64,000 bases of DNA from contig JBHGNT010000010.1 in assembly GCA_043228905.1 (NCBI GenBank), positions 3,534,001 to 3,598,000 of the forward strand. Direction: 5' to 3'. Positions 39,901 through 53,736 of this stretch are shown here, piece after piece. Each line of letters starts with the position of its first letter. The first letter of the stretch is position 1. The position numbers and the translations under genes are program-made. The notes under the pieces were generated by a model that was not told the origin of the DNA, ran no database searches, and saw only the letters and a list, made by a program, of their open reading frames with translations. Source of the stretch: Azolla caroliniana. Taxonomy: Eukaryota > Plantae > Polypodiophyta.

Positions 39901-42900
39901 GAGAGGGCAGCTGGAGCCCTTTGGGGGTTGTCTGTCTCTGAAGCTAACAGGTGGAACCCTGTTTCTTATAACGCAGTTGCTTGTAATCTGGCCTAATATT
40001 GATATGTTATTTCAGCATCGCAATTGGGAGGGAAGGTGGTGTGGTACCTTTGATAACTCTTGCTTACTCTGAGGCTGAGGTATGCTTCCTCCTTCATCTG
40101 ATTATATGTGCAATATCTATTTTGAAAGATGGAATAACCTATATAACTCATTTATTTCACCAAGAAATAACTAATACTTTGATAATGGTGTTTCATGTTA
40201 TGATATTATCACTTGTTTGTTTTACTATGGACAGAATGTTGCATGTTTCACTGCAGGATGTACATGAAACTGCGGCAGGTGCTCTATGGAACCTTGCATT
40301 TAATCCAGGTAATGCCTGGCGAATAGTTGAAGAAGGAGGGGTTCGGGCTCTTGTGCATCTTTGCTCTTCTTCTGTGTCAAAGATGGCTCGTTTTATGGCT
40401 GCCCTTGCACTTGCTTACATGTTTGATGGCAGGTATTAATTACAATGAGCTATTGGCATTCTTCTTTGCTCAGAGCATTCATTCAGTTTTCTAAACTAAA
40501 CCTTAAACTCTGTTATTCAAAGAACATGTAAATTAACCCTAAACCCTATATTTTCCTCAATCAATCTCCACTTTACATGAGAAGAAAGGCAACTTGATAC
40601 ACATTCTAGTGGATATGGAGGTTTGAACAGCAGTACGATTGGGTATATAGTTGTTTGATTCACTTGGGCATGAAACACTTTTACCAATGTAGATCATTGT
40701 TCAAGGTATTATCCGCAAGAATCTGTGGAAAGATATTTCAAAGAAAACTTCAAATAAGTTTTGATCATTTTGAAGCCTTTTGGATATGATACAAGATTCG
40801 AGCAAAGGATAAACAAGAAAGAGAGAACGAAGTATTAACATCTGTAAAAGATGAAAATGCCTGCGAGACTTAATAAGGTATTCCAACTGCAAATATCATC
40901 TCTTCCATGAGAACAATAAAAGAGTTAAAATGATCACAAGGATTAACGATAGATAATCTTGGTAGCTGAACTTATGGTGCAAAAACCATGAATGCATGAC
41001 TAAATGGACTGTTTTTACCCATAAAGCTGTGCCTACTTCTGAACAAGTGAAGATGAATGCATAACTTGCAAATGACTGCTGTATTTGATGGATTACTCAT
41101 GTTACCGAAGGTGACAGCGTTGATGGTTGACAAATTCATAGATGATGAATTGATTGACATGGCTTGAGGTATGAATGATGGATAATATAGCTGGTGTGAT
41201 CTAGTGAAAGTTGATTGATTTGATTCAGAGGCAGGCATTCCCCCCTCAAGGATAAAATTCACATGTAGTTCTTAGGGTAGATGCAATGGGTGGATGTTCA
41301 ATGTGAGCGACTAAGATGACTAAATGATCAAGTGGAAATTGAATGAGAGAAAGTGAAGGAGACAATGGACTGACTGATGAATGGATCAATGGAGCAATGA
41401 TGCTAGATATGATCGAAGTAAAAGGACTGACTGAGAAAAGAGAGATGGATCCTCTGACATGATCAAAATGAGAAATTGTGTGCAAATATGCTAGATGGTA
41501 TGTGTTTATGAATACAGTGGTAAAACGTCAAAGTGAAAGGATAGTATGAAAGTGTGAGTAAAGAGAGTGAGATTGGAAAGATTTAAATTTTAGGGTTAGA
41601 GAACCTTATGAATAATAACATTAATGATGCTAATTCTTGGTCAAGTTGTCGGAAATGTGAAACTGATTGCTATGGCTAAAGGTTGAGGTGATGGATATCA
41701 GAAAGCAAAATGAGCTTGATATGAGATTCAAGAGTTTGAAGATGGCTGCTCTGAAGACTGAAGTGACTCTGAAATAATGTTGATGGAATGTTGTTTCGAC
41801 TGAAATTTTGCTGACTTTTGTAAGTTGCAGAAGCTGAGTGACAATAAAGTTGCTGATATGGGCATTGGTGGGGTAGGTAGGTTTATTAGTGAGTATGATA
41901 GTTTTGAGTGAGCTGATTTGTATGAGTGAGGGGAAAAATCTGAGATCTAAACAGCACCACTGAGCATAAAGAGACATCGTTTTCGGGGTTTTTGTACCAT
42001 TTTAGAAACCGTGGGAGCCTTTACCACATGGCTGAATAGAAAGATGAAAGAGATAAAGTGAAAGAAAAGCAAGATACATCGACATCTAAACAACTCCAGT
42101 GAGCATAAAGAGACATGGTGTTCAGGGTTTTGGTGCCATGTTAGAAACCATGGGAACCTTTACCACATGGATGAATAGAAAGAGGAAAGAGATAGAGCGA
42201 AAGAAAAGAAAGATATATTGACACCTAAACAATGCTAATGAGCATAAAGAGACAAGGTGTTCAAGGTTTTGGTATCATGGTATAATGAGCATGGTTGAAT
42301 AGAAAGAGGAAAGAGATAAGAGTGAAACAAAAGAAAGATTTAGATATCTAAACAACACCAGTGAGTGTAAAGAGTCATGGTGTTCAGGGTTTTGGTACCA
42401 TGTTAGAAACCATGGGAGCCTTTACAGCATGGTTGAATAGAAAGAGTGAAAGAAAAGAAAGATATAGACATCTAAACAATGCCAGTGAATATACAGAGTT
42501 GTGGTGTTCAGGGTTTTGGTACCATGTTAGAATCCATGGGAGCCTTTACTATGGTCGAATAAAGAGAGGAAAGTGATGGAATGGAAGAAAAGAAAGATAT
42601 ATTGAAAAAGACATTACATCTTAAAATATTGTCTCATCACATAGATTGTAATTTTTTCTTTGAAAGATCTCTAGCGTAGGTTCTTAGATGTAGAGATATC
42701 TGAAACAAGGGAAGCAACTGTTATAGTGGGAAATAATGGTCTTCATCTGTCAATGACAAGGGTGCTGAGATTGGGGTTCACGAGGCTGGGGCCCACATGC
42801 ACGACAATTTGTTATTGCTAAATCTATTGTCACCCCTTTGCAATGTCCTACTTGGGAGCCCACTTGTGTGACCCTTGATTGACTTATGGCATGAATAGGA

Positions 42901-45900
42901 CTGCTGGGGCCAAAGAAAGTTGTGTGTAGTTGTCTGTTTGTCCTTCGACAACTCCATGTGCCTCGTGAGTTCTAGCAAGAACAACCCTGATCACCATTGG
43001 TCCTCATATTCCATTGCCTTGCATGGGGGGCCAAAGCTACGGTTAAAGAGGCAATGGCATCTGCATCGTATTTTGTAAAAAACAGTACAATGACAACTCT
43101 TCAGATTCCACTCCTTGATGGCTCAATTGGCAAATTCGTCTTCCAGAGATGTGCATGTATATGTGCCTACCTCAAATCTTTACCTCTTCTTCCAGAGATG
43201 TGAAGAAGTTCATTGCTGCCCTATCACAGTGTAGCGCATGAGATTGATGTATGTTCGTATAAGATGTCCTGATGATAATCCATCCTTCAATGTGTGTAAA
43301 AGATGTGTCTTATAGTGGGCTATCTTCCTACCAAGAGATGTTGTGGCATTGGTACATGTCCTTTCGTTATCCAATTTGATAATATCAGTTTAGATTGCTC
43401 TTTCTTCTCCACTTTGGTCATGTTTAGGTGGGGACAATCCAAGCATTTATGCTTATGCCATGCGACTCAAATCATTTTTGCGTTTCAGGGTACCGACAAT
43501 GATTATCTCTGAGTTCAGCAAGTTTTTTTGATGACGTAAGTGCCAACCTGGAGTACCTTCATTTAGGCAGCTCCCAAAGCCAGTGGATACTGGTCGCTGA
43601 TCAGAATAATGCCGCTATGATGATTGGGGCGGCATAAACGAAAGAGGGGAAGAGATATCAGAACAAAATAAAACTTTATATATATATATATATGTCATCA
43701 AGTGCTACATGATTCCACTTTATAGAGTGGAAGTGAATCTCAGACGAGTTCTAGAAATTCCCAACATTTTAAAGGTATCCATCATAGTCCAATTCAAGAT
43801 TGATAGATGTCCAAAACAAGGACACTACCTTGTATGCCGAGTAATGATCCTTTGCTTTGTTGGCAACAAGGGTTTTACAGCTGATGGCTGTGCATGACAC
43901 CATGCGAGTGTCTGCCCTTCATGAAATATGACCTCTCTCTGTCTTCACCTGGTGAGATGAATTTTTTATTTGTCCTATCCCACTTCAAGCGCATGGGAGA
44001 GGTAAGTATGTACGTAAAGGGGATGGATGATAAATATGTCTGGTGTATCATAACTTAAATAGAGATTGATAATTGGATCTCTTCGTACCAAGTGGCGCCG
44101 TCAGACTAAACAAGTTCTCTTTGTATCCAGTTTGATTATCTGTTCTGCTCACTATATACTTCTCTACTGGGATCATAGAAACTAGTTCCATTATAGAATG
44201 GCTTAAGTCCTCAAAGTTCATACATGAGGTGCTTTATCTTGAAGTTGTGTCCCTAGCTTAAGCCTCTCTGGATGTTAACACTTGCACATTTGGACATATG
44301 AATTCATTGCTGATGACTTTGGTTTGATTGATATTACATGTGCAATGTTCAAGAGGAACTATGTGAGAATAATGACATGTGCTCAAGTGGTAATGGAAGC
44401 TAGAAATCAATGAGATAAATGTGCATCATGTGGACAGGACATTAAATGGAACTGTAAAACCATGATAGAATATTATTTTAACTCTCACAGGTGTATATGG
44501 TAAGGGTACGCTGTAAAGGCTTTTTCCAAGCTAGTTCCATAAAACAAAAAATGTGAAGGGAGGAGGTGCTACCTCAATGATTTTTGAAGACGAAATTGTT
44601 TGCACTATTCTTTTTGGACCAATGGTGAAAATAACTGTTGCTGGTATATGCTATTATATGTGCACATGAAGTGCGAGATATGTTACAGTACAGACAAGAT
44701 CTTCACATATCCAAGATAAATTTTTGTGGGTGGTTATCTCCTAATATGTGGGATATATATCACGGGAGTCTTCCTCATAGTAGGTAGCTAAGTACAGCTA
44801 GTTGATGCACCACATCATTGTGTCACGGTGAAGCACAGCTTATGGTTGTGGATCAGTATGCCTTGACTATGTGATCTTGGTGCAGAGAGGTGATTAGTGC
44901 ATCATGGAGTGTTGATTATTATGAGGATCATCATGCGAGGTACAGAAAGAGAACGTGAAATATCCTCGGCATGTAGTGGAACAGTATGTGCTACACAAGA
45001 GCCTTACAAAGAGAAGAATATCGACACTTATTGGGGGTTTATCTGTCTTGATTGGGTTAATGTGGGATTTGGTTAAAGAAGGATATTGCTTTCTATTCCT
45101 GTCCCTTATTGCTGTCTAACTTCCCTAGCCATTTTATGTGTTCGCATTTAAGTTATCCACATACAATAACTTCAAGATATAATGGGTCTGGTCATAGATG
45201 GCTGCAAGTACTTCAAGATGTAACCAATCTAATGGTTTATTTCCCTCTTTTGGGCGTGTGTTTCTCCATTGCCTTTTCCAACTTCCCTAGGAGGTAAAAT
45301 CTTGGGGTGTGAGACAATGCAATTATGATCTAAATAAACAAGACATTACTATCTTCATGATCTGTTACCTCAGTATAATCTCCTCCATATTCAGAGTATG
45401 GAGATGATTACACTGCTGGGTGCATGGAACACATTCCACTTGGCAACTTTGGCACATGGGATACCTGTTGTGCAATTGGGGCAACCAGTAGAGGGCCTCA
45501 GAATTCTGAAGCTGTAATTTCCATACCCTCCTTTTTTCTTTGGTTTTGGGACTATTTCCCACCCTGTTTGTAGTTTTTTGCCCATTTCTGGTTCATTTCT
45601 CCATCTCCACATTCTTCTCCTGAAAATTTGTCTCCGGGGCAAGGCAGGGTGATTAAGAGAGATTAATAGACTGGATACATATAGGACATGGAAGAAATCT
45701 GAGTATCTGCTGGGAAGATGGTCATATGTATAGGTTGCACTGATATTGATGATAAATGGGCTCCTGTATGCAATCAAACTACATGGATGGACTCAGCTAT
45801 GTATCCCTTTGCAGTAGGTTTCGCATTGACCAGTGCTACAATTTCATTACACCAACTCCACCCAAATTCCTAATTCTAAATTCTGGACCCTAGAGAATCT

Positions 45901-46698
45901 CGAAAGTGCATCTTTTCCGTGCAAAAGTAAATTCAGCTGTTTATATTTTAAGTCCTATATTTCTTCCTCTCACGTAAATCTCCTCAATCTCAGAATGGAT
46001 GCAGTAACATTAGGAGCAACTTTCTGTGAAAATGTCATGAAAAATGGTGGCCTTGATGGAGCAAGACGACTTGCAATGCGGCATATAGAAGCGTTTCTTC
46101 ATGGCTTTTCCAATCAACATGCATTGTCAGCTGCATCAGTCTCAGGGGTTCCTTCGGCATTAATGGCAGTTGCTGATTCAGCGCGCATACAAGAAGCTGG
46201 CCACCTTCGTTGCAGGTAATTCTCCTGGATATGGAGTTTTTTCAGTCTCAACAATTATATCATATATTTTATTTCGTATCACATTTTTGTTCTTTAATAT
46301 CTTTGATTTTTGGAGTGTAATAATGCAGTGTTGCTGAAATTGGGCGGTTTGTAACTATGTTACGGAATGGGTCACCAGTGCTACGTGCGTGTGCTGCTTT
46401 TGCTATTCTTCAGGTGACCATAACCTCAACATGATCCATATGGGTGTTGAATTAATATTTAGAAAAAAATTCTCACTTTCAAAGTGGTATTTTATATGTA
46501 TGTATATATACATATTAGTTCACAATGCCCGGGGGCAGACATGCTGTTCATCATGTGAACCTTCTTCAGAATGCTGGCGCAGGACGAGTACTTAGAGCCG
46601 CAGCTGCAGCAGCAACAGCTCCTCTTCAGGCCAAAGTGTTTGCTCGCATTGTTCTACGTAACCTTGAGCAATGTAATGTAGATATCCCCAATGTGTAG
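36985..46698 (+). CDS. ARABIDILLO: ARABIDILLO-type F-box/LRR/Armadillo-repeat protein (~923 aa, 12 exons)
   Basis: N-terminal MNRRVRRK NLS, F-box (DWTRLPHDTVIALF..LDYRDRARLSSVCKTW), LRRs, ARM repeats (QERAATALATF, AAGGLWNLSVGEEHK, AHGDSNGNNAAVGQEAGALEAL) and C-terminal RIQEAGHLRCS. Exons: 36985/36988-38349, 38433-38591, 39066-39146, 39235-39366, 39483-39610, 39693-39780, 39856-39950, 40016-40079, 40257-40432, 45994-46215, 46329-46413, 46519-46698. All introns are GT-AG and the frame is consistent. Confidence 0.95.
41945..42600. repeat. Degenerate tandem array, ~5 units of 123-139 bp, inside ARABIDILLO intron 9
   Basis: A(T/C)CTAAACA...GAG..TAAAGAG..ATGGTGTTCAGGGTTTTGGT.CCATGTTAGAAACCATGGGAGCCTTTAC recurs at 41945, 42084, 42223, 42346 and 42470. 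Confidence 0.88.
42620..45320. mobile_element. Probable highly decayed retroelement debris in ARABIDILLO intron 9
   Basis: This intron is 5.56 kb while the other ten are all <0.5 kb. It has coding-like composition with no intact ORF, and an LTR-like stretch near 43600-43900. No unambiguous domain motif was read. Confidence 0.3.
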
Positions 46699-49600
46699 CT
46701 GCAAGAGTTGCTAAGGGATTTCGGGTCCTATGCTCTCTTTACCACCAAAGGGAAAAAATCTTTGGGTTCTTTTTAAGCTGTGGATCTGATTTGAAACCAA
46801 ACCAGAGGTTTTATATCCACTGTATTCCTGGGTTTTTTTCGCCGTTATATGTTTGTGCAGTGTAGTTCTTTTACTTAGATGCGAGAAAGAGTTCAAGGAA
46901 GTCGTTAATCGAGGAGAGAAAGAGGATTGGCAAAAGCATTTGTTGCATGGAGTATAAAGATTATTGTATGCTCTTTACATAAGAGGATTGTGATGATGTT
47001 ACAAGTCCCTTTTTCTAGATTTCCTAGAAAGAAATTACATTCATAAATCTTCTTGATGAGGTGGGTGTGTAAAGTATGATACCCCCCCACCCCCCAGTTC
47101 AGGGCTTCATATTTGTTGGGTCCGTGGCAATGCCAAGTTTCTCTTGCAAGATCAATTCATAATTTTTGTTTGATTGGCATGTAATTCACAAAGTTGTGGA
47201 TCAAGTGTTTGTTTTATACACATAATTATATGGTCACATACCTAGTCCGTACCTTTGTTGGCCATATTGGTTATGTTGACCCCTTGTGGGGCTTAATGTA
47301 TCATCATCCTCATCATCTCAAATAACTGAAGATAGCTTTTGGGCATCTTGAGGATAGTGATATGTGCATCTTGAAGATAACTTAATTGAAACTAATGACA
47401 ATAAACACTTTTTGACATGTCTACCCCCATGGGAAATAGAACTCAACTCGGAATTGACTCCATGCGAAGTATATGGAATAATGATTTATGGAAAGTCTTG
47501 GGTAACTAAATAATTTAATGTCTACTCATGTTTGGGATTAAATTTTCGTTCAAATGTGGAATAAAGATTTAGGGAAAGTTCTGGGTGATATGATAAATTA
47601 TATTCATTTTGTGCTCTCCAATATCTGTCAAAGCTCATTAATGAATAGCAAGGATCTTTTGAGAAGAAAATTTCTTATAAGGTTCCATAAATTTTGTTCT
47701 GATGACTTTGTATAAGGTAATATCAATTTGTTCCAATATCATTTTCAAAATCTTGTAGAGTGGTGTTCATATGAAAGTAGTAAGTGTTTTGGGATCTTAT
47801 ATTTGTGGACTTGATATAGCCTTTTCTCAAGACTAATAATTGGAGGAGGATGAGTTTTATTTCTGAATTGTGCGTAGCATGTAACACATTAATGCTTTGA
47901 GTGTGTATAGAGTCATCCCATTGGATTGTAATGGAAAATTTGGAACCACTATCTATATGCACTCCCTTGTTCATATCTTACACATTCTCTTACCTCACAT
48001 GCTTACCAGCTTGCATTATGTGCAACATCACTTATAATCATTTTTGTATGACACTTTTTTTCCTTCATTCTATTTGTGCATATGTTGACCATAACAGGAT
48101 GAGGTTTCTCATGAAGGTTTAAAATCCATCAAGGGAATGTGTAATTCTTGGCATATGGGTATAGTGGCAAAGCAAATTGACGAAGAAGACACTCCTGTGA
48201 GTAGGAGATCATGGTTCAAATTCTAGTAGGCAAGCAATGGATCTAACTTGCAACAATTCCATGACATAGTCCTTTATAACGAGTTGGTCTTTCTTTATGA
48301 GGTTTGGGCAGATGAGATGCTTCTTTTTGTTACATAGTTTATTTTTGTCAAAATAGTTTGTGTCGATGTACATGAGAAGGCAATTAAATAAATGAAAATA
48401 ATATTTGTACCTTGTTTTATCCATTTGTTTATCCTCTTGCGTGAAAATGTTGGCTGTCAAATTTAGGTCTTTTAAAACAAACTCACCAAAACAAGCATGA
48501 CACCCTTACATAGTGATATGATTGCTAGAAATTGACGACTTTCCATGAAATTGGTCTATATTTCGAAAGACATTGTCATTGGTTCTATCAACGTGACTAA
48601 AATAGCCATTTACACCCACTACCTTGAACTTATAGACTTCCTTGGTCCATTTACCCCGATTAGTTTCAAATTCTATTATGAGATTATATCTGCTTTCAAT
48701 TTATTTGGTAAGTTATCCAAAATTGTGGAACATAACTTATATTTGCCATGGAAAAGTGCAACATATCAAGGGAAGCTTGACGGTAGGTCAACATTCTTGT
48801 AACAATTGTTTATAACTAATGAAAGGATATTTCCAAGGGGAAAAAAAAACTTATATTTGTCATGGTATGCAAGCCCATGCAAACATCAAGGTTTATGCAT
48901 GTATATCAATAACTCCCCTTTAGATTTCCTATCTTGATCTTTTTCTTTTTTGTTTGGACTTCGCTTAACAATTTGTCTTGAGGATGTTTGATTTCCTTTG
49001 GTTCACATGGTGCCATGGTGAACATAATAATATCGATTAACTAATGGAAACATGTATAAGGCTTGGGTCTTATTTCCTAACAACCACAAATCTCTTGGAG
49101 TTCAGGTCCAACAGTTGGTGAGAGGTGTGCACACACCTCATGCTATGCTCTAAGGCATCTAGCTTGTATCTTGGGCATAATGTGCATGCCAATCTTTGGT
49201 CAAGAGAGAGTAGCTACCATGGATGGTACTAATGAAGTGAATGCATACAAGAGCATAACCCTTCTTCATATATATCCATAAAACCCAGGTCTATTTACAA
49301 AACTTTGCCATCGAAATTGTCTTTGGCCAGAGGCCTCTAAATAAGTATTGGGTCTCCTTAACCCATGTTTAATGTAGCTATGCAAAACTTATTACTAAAT
49401 GTATACACATTATAAATAGCTTATAAGTTATGCATGTGAGAAGTTCCATGCAATGTAGGACCTCCTTTATGGATGATAGAACAATCACATCTATAGATGA
49501 CCTAAACACAATACAATAAGGCCATGGTGTGTGAAGATTGTTTAACTGGACCTAAGATGCAACCATCAAGAGTGTCTATAATATCAAGACACGTCTCAAT

Positions 49601-49854
49601 GGATGGCGGAGCTACATCTCACGTAGTAAGTGTGTTCGAAATGCATCGTTAATTAGGATGGTCAAATAACTCGACCAAAACTCGATCAGATAACGTGGAG
49701 TATCGTCACACGTGAACGAAAATGGCATTTGGGGTGTGTATGGGCGGGGTGGCATGTGATGGAATCAGGTGCTTGGATGAGGGAGGCCAACGATTGGTCG
49801 GCAAGGGTGGTCGAGGGTTTGCCGAACGGACGATGATAAAGCATGATGAGCATA

Positions 49855-50102
49855 TATGTGTGTGCATGTGTGAAGTGTGAAGTGTGAAGTGTCATGTGTA
49901 TGTGTAATGTATATGTGTAATGTGTCATGTGTCATGTGAGTATGTGTCATGTGTCATGTGAGTATGTGCATGTGTCATGTGTCATGTGAGTATGTGCATG
50001 TGCATGTGTAATGTGTAATGTGTCATGTGTCATGTGAGTATGTGTATGTGTATGTGTCATGTGTCATGTGTATGTTTTGTGCATGTGAATGAATGAATGA
50101 AT
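49855..50102. repeat. Compound TG-rich repeat (TGTCATG / TGAGTATG / TGAA units) upstream of cytochrome c1
   Basis: Direct reading of the sequence. Confidence 0.9.
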
Positions 50103-50212
50103 GATGGAAGGATTATTTTGATCTCTCTGTATTTGTAGGTCTTCTCTCTTTTCTTCTCTTCCTTCCTGTCTCTTCTTCTTCTTCTTCTTCTTCCCTCTCT
50201 GTTGATCCAGCT

Positions 50213-52691
50213 ATGGTTGCTCGTAAGGCGGGCTTGCTGGCCGGGCGTGCCTTTTCTCGCATCGTTCGCCATTTAGAGAATCAGAAGATCGTCTCTCCGG
50301 TAAGCTTCAAAACATTCGAGCTCTGTTTCTGTTTAGATTTAGGGTTAGCCCTTCGGCTACGGGGCGACAGGTAGGGTAGGGCTACCTTCATTATCTGTCT
50401 GCTATTACGACGTCTATCTTTCTGAAAGTATGCATTTTGTACTGTAAAAGCATGTGTTAGGCTTCAAGCATCGGGATCTGTTTGTTGAAACCTTTGTATG
50501 ATTTATTTGTATTCGCTCATAATGTGATGATATGCCCTTTCTGTAAAAGAAATGGTTTTGAGCTTCCATAGGATTGAAAATAACCATGGAATTGATTTTG
50601 CATTCACTGATGAAGTTGGTTTAGCTCAACACATATTATGATATATGTATATTTACGTTGGTTTTGAGCTTCAATTTGCTCTAAAATACTCATGAAATTC
50701 ATTACTCAGTTAACAATACTGTGTTTTAGCCCAACATATCCATTTGCACTTCTTTACGTTAGTTGGTGCATTTCTGCAAAGAAGTGGTTAAAACTTCTGT
50801 AGAATCTAAAAGAGCCTTGCTAGAGATAGACTCATTTTACATTCAAAGATGTATTGCTTCAGTTAAACGTGTAAAATGGTAGTTATGTATGTTCATGGAT
50901 GCTTCTTGCCCTTCTGCAAAGAAATGGTTTTGGCTTCCATATGATGTAAAAGATCCATATACTCATTTGCATTCAAATGTGCTGCTTCAGGTCAACATAT
51001 TCAATTATGGTTATGCATGTTAATTGATGCGTCTTGCCCTTCTGCAAAGACATTATTTGATCTTCCACATGATCTAAAATACCTGTGAAACAGATTTTCA
51101 TTCAAATGTGCTGCTTTATCTCAAATATTCAATGGTAATTATGTATTTTAGTTGATTCATTAGGCCAAAATTTTGTCCTTTTTCATGCATAATAAGTATC
51201 CTAAGAGCAATAACTATCAAAGTTCTCTCCTTTTTAGGTGTAAATTTGAACTCTCTATGCTAATCACCTTTCTCTTTTATGTCATTGTGAGACTAGAATG
51301 TTATAACCTTTCTTTTTAATGATCAAAATCTTAATTGGAGATAGCTCTTACTCAAGTTTGTATGAATAATTGATTCATGCAATAATCATATTCTGCGGAG
51401 TGAGTATAAAACCTGTCCTTTGTGGGGCATTTGGGGTTTGTAAGGTAATGGTCCAAAGGAGTAGGTTGCAACGTGCATAGAAAGAACTTGTACGAATTTC
51501 ATTTGATTATATGATTAGCAGTGATTTTATTCTTTATTTTACAATATCTCAATCCCATATTTTTGGTGATTTATTTATTTTAGTTGTATGACCAGCCATT
51601 ATGTTTACTCTTTCAAAAGTTCTTCATATTTTCTGCGACATTTAAACTCATTATGCACTAGAATTGTTTTGATTTTCTCTATGTTTTTCTGTGGCAGGCA
51701 GCAGTTGCTATTGATAACCATCAGAATGCTGGGGAAAGTAACAGAACAAGATCTTCTAGAGGTTTGATCTATTTTGGAGCAGGTGTGGCTGGCCTTTTAG
51801 GCCTTGCAGGTGTTGCCTATGCTGATGAGGCAGAACATGGTTTGCATGCTGCAAATTACCCTTGGTCCCATGAAGGCGTATTAAGTTCCTATGATCATGC
51901 TGCGTATGTCATTTTTTATACCTTTTCAAAAGTTAAGAGTTATATTACCACTGCTTGATGAATATACTTGGTTCATTACTGTCTATTGTTACAATGAGCA
52001 TTGAGGATGTTGGTCTATTTCATGTTTTGTTTAATATACCTTGTAAAAAGTTTATAGGGTCATACTACTTGGTTCATTTATATCTATTGCTGTGATGAGT
52101 ATCGAGGAGGTTTTTCTATTTCAGATTCTGCATACATTTTGATTCTTTTCTCTATTGAATTTGCAGAATCAGGAGAGGGCATCAAGTTTATCAACAAGTC
52201 TGTGCTGCATGTCATAGCATGTCATTAATATCATACCGTGACCTTATTGGGGTTGCATATACAGAAGATGAAGTAAAAGTAATTGCATCAGAGATTGAAG
52301 TCACAGATGGTCCCAATGATGAGGGAGAGATGTTTACTCGACCAGGCAAAACCAGTGATCGGTTTCCTAATCCCTATCCTAATGAACAAGCAGCACGATT
52401 TGCAAATGGAGGGGCTTATCCACCAGATCTGAGTCTGATAACAAAGGTTGGTATGATGATATCAAAAACATTGTAGCGATACAGAATTATGTCTTAAAGC
52501 ATCTTTTCTCCTTTCAGGCACGCCATAATGGTCAGAACTATGTCTTTGCTCTTCTCACTGGGTATCATGAACCTCCAGCTGGTGTTTCGGTATTTTTACA
52601 TCATCTTCTAGATCTACCTCTATTTTACGATAGATGAGCATGCAGAGAATGGGAATACTCTTTCTTGGGTTTCAGAACATTTACAATGCTA

Positions 52692-52726
<35 letters not shown>

Positions 52727-53736
52727 ACTATTGATGTGAAATTAGTGGCAAATATTTGTAATCGAGAATCTATATGGATAAGGGAGAATGTTTTATGCAG
52801 GTAAGAGAGGGTCTACATTACAATCCTTATTTTCCTGGTGGGGCAATTGCAATGCCTAAAATGCTTGTTGATGGTGGAGTTGAGTACGAAGATGGTGTAC
52901 CTGCAACGGAGACACAGGTATTGCCCTCTTAATGTAATGTATAAATAAAAGTTTTATTGGATGCATTTTAATTGACTTATGATATGTGATTCTTCATTGT
53001 AAAGGATTTCAACTTACATAAAGTAATATCAAAAGGAAAATACTTTTTGCAGCTCATAAAAGCCTAAATACAACAAATAGACCCAACCTCTTCAAATATC
53101 ACATCATTAACTGGCTACAGATATATATTCAGCTTAAAGGGGCTAATGGTTCAGTCTGCTAATTGACTGGGACTTTCAGAATTGCATGATTGAATGGATT
53201 TGTATTTATAACTCATCAACGTTTTTGTGCTAGAATGTCATGCAGGCTTGCTGGAGGAACAAAAATTTGTATATTGTTTCAAATAACTAAACGCAATGAT
53301 TTTTTAAATAATGGGTTAGCAATGAAAATAATGTTAGATGTTGGTATATTTCCTTATTTAAATGTGTCACATGAAATTTGGGTCTTTTGTACTTTCACAG
53401 CTGCATCTGCTTCTTGCCTTATGCAAATTCTGTGGCTAAATTTTTAGTTGATTGGTTTGACAGATGGCAAAGGATGTGGTAACATTCTTATCATGGGCTG
53501 CTGAGCCAGAAATGGAGGAGCGCAAATTGGTAGGTGTTTGCTGTACATATTATGACTCTTAAGGGATGTTGAAGGGTGTGATGGTTGCTTGAACAGAATC
53601 TACAAATTGTCTTTTACAGATGGGCTTCAAAGTTATGTTAGTGCTTTTCTTAGCCCTTTTGCAAGCAGGCTACTACAAGAGATGGAAATGGGCACCACTA
53701 AAATCAAGGAAAGTGATTGTGGATGTTGTTAACTAA
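50213..53736 (+). CDS. CYC1: Cytochrome c1, heme protein of mitochondrial complex III (~314 aa, 7 exons)
   Basis: Presequence, then [38 protein letters not shown] (CxxCH), [33 protein letters not shown] and [14 protein letters not shown]. Exons: 50213-50299, 51698-51903, 52167-52446, 52518-52589, 52801-52917, 53464-53529, 53620-53736 (945 nt in total). Confidence 0.96.
50534..51160. repeat. Degenerate ~130-140-bp tandem repeats in CYC1 intron 1
   Basis: GCCCTTCTGCAAAGAAATGGTTTT..CTTCCA...CATTCAAATGTGCTGCTT-like units at ~50534, 50768, 50908 and 51036. Confidence 0.7.

Noticed and set aside
41945-42600. Regularly spaced repeats resembling a CRISPR array
   Set aside because: The whole unit is repeated with no unique spacers, it lies in a eukaryotic intron, and there are no cas genes. 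It is a minisatellite.
50524-50610. Possible intronic C/D snoRNA (GTGATGA...CTGA) in CYC1 intron 1
   Set aside because: There is no convincing terminal stem or recognisable rRNA antisense element, and the segment is part of a degenerate tandem repeat.
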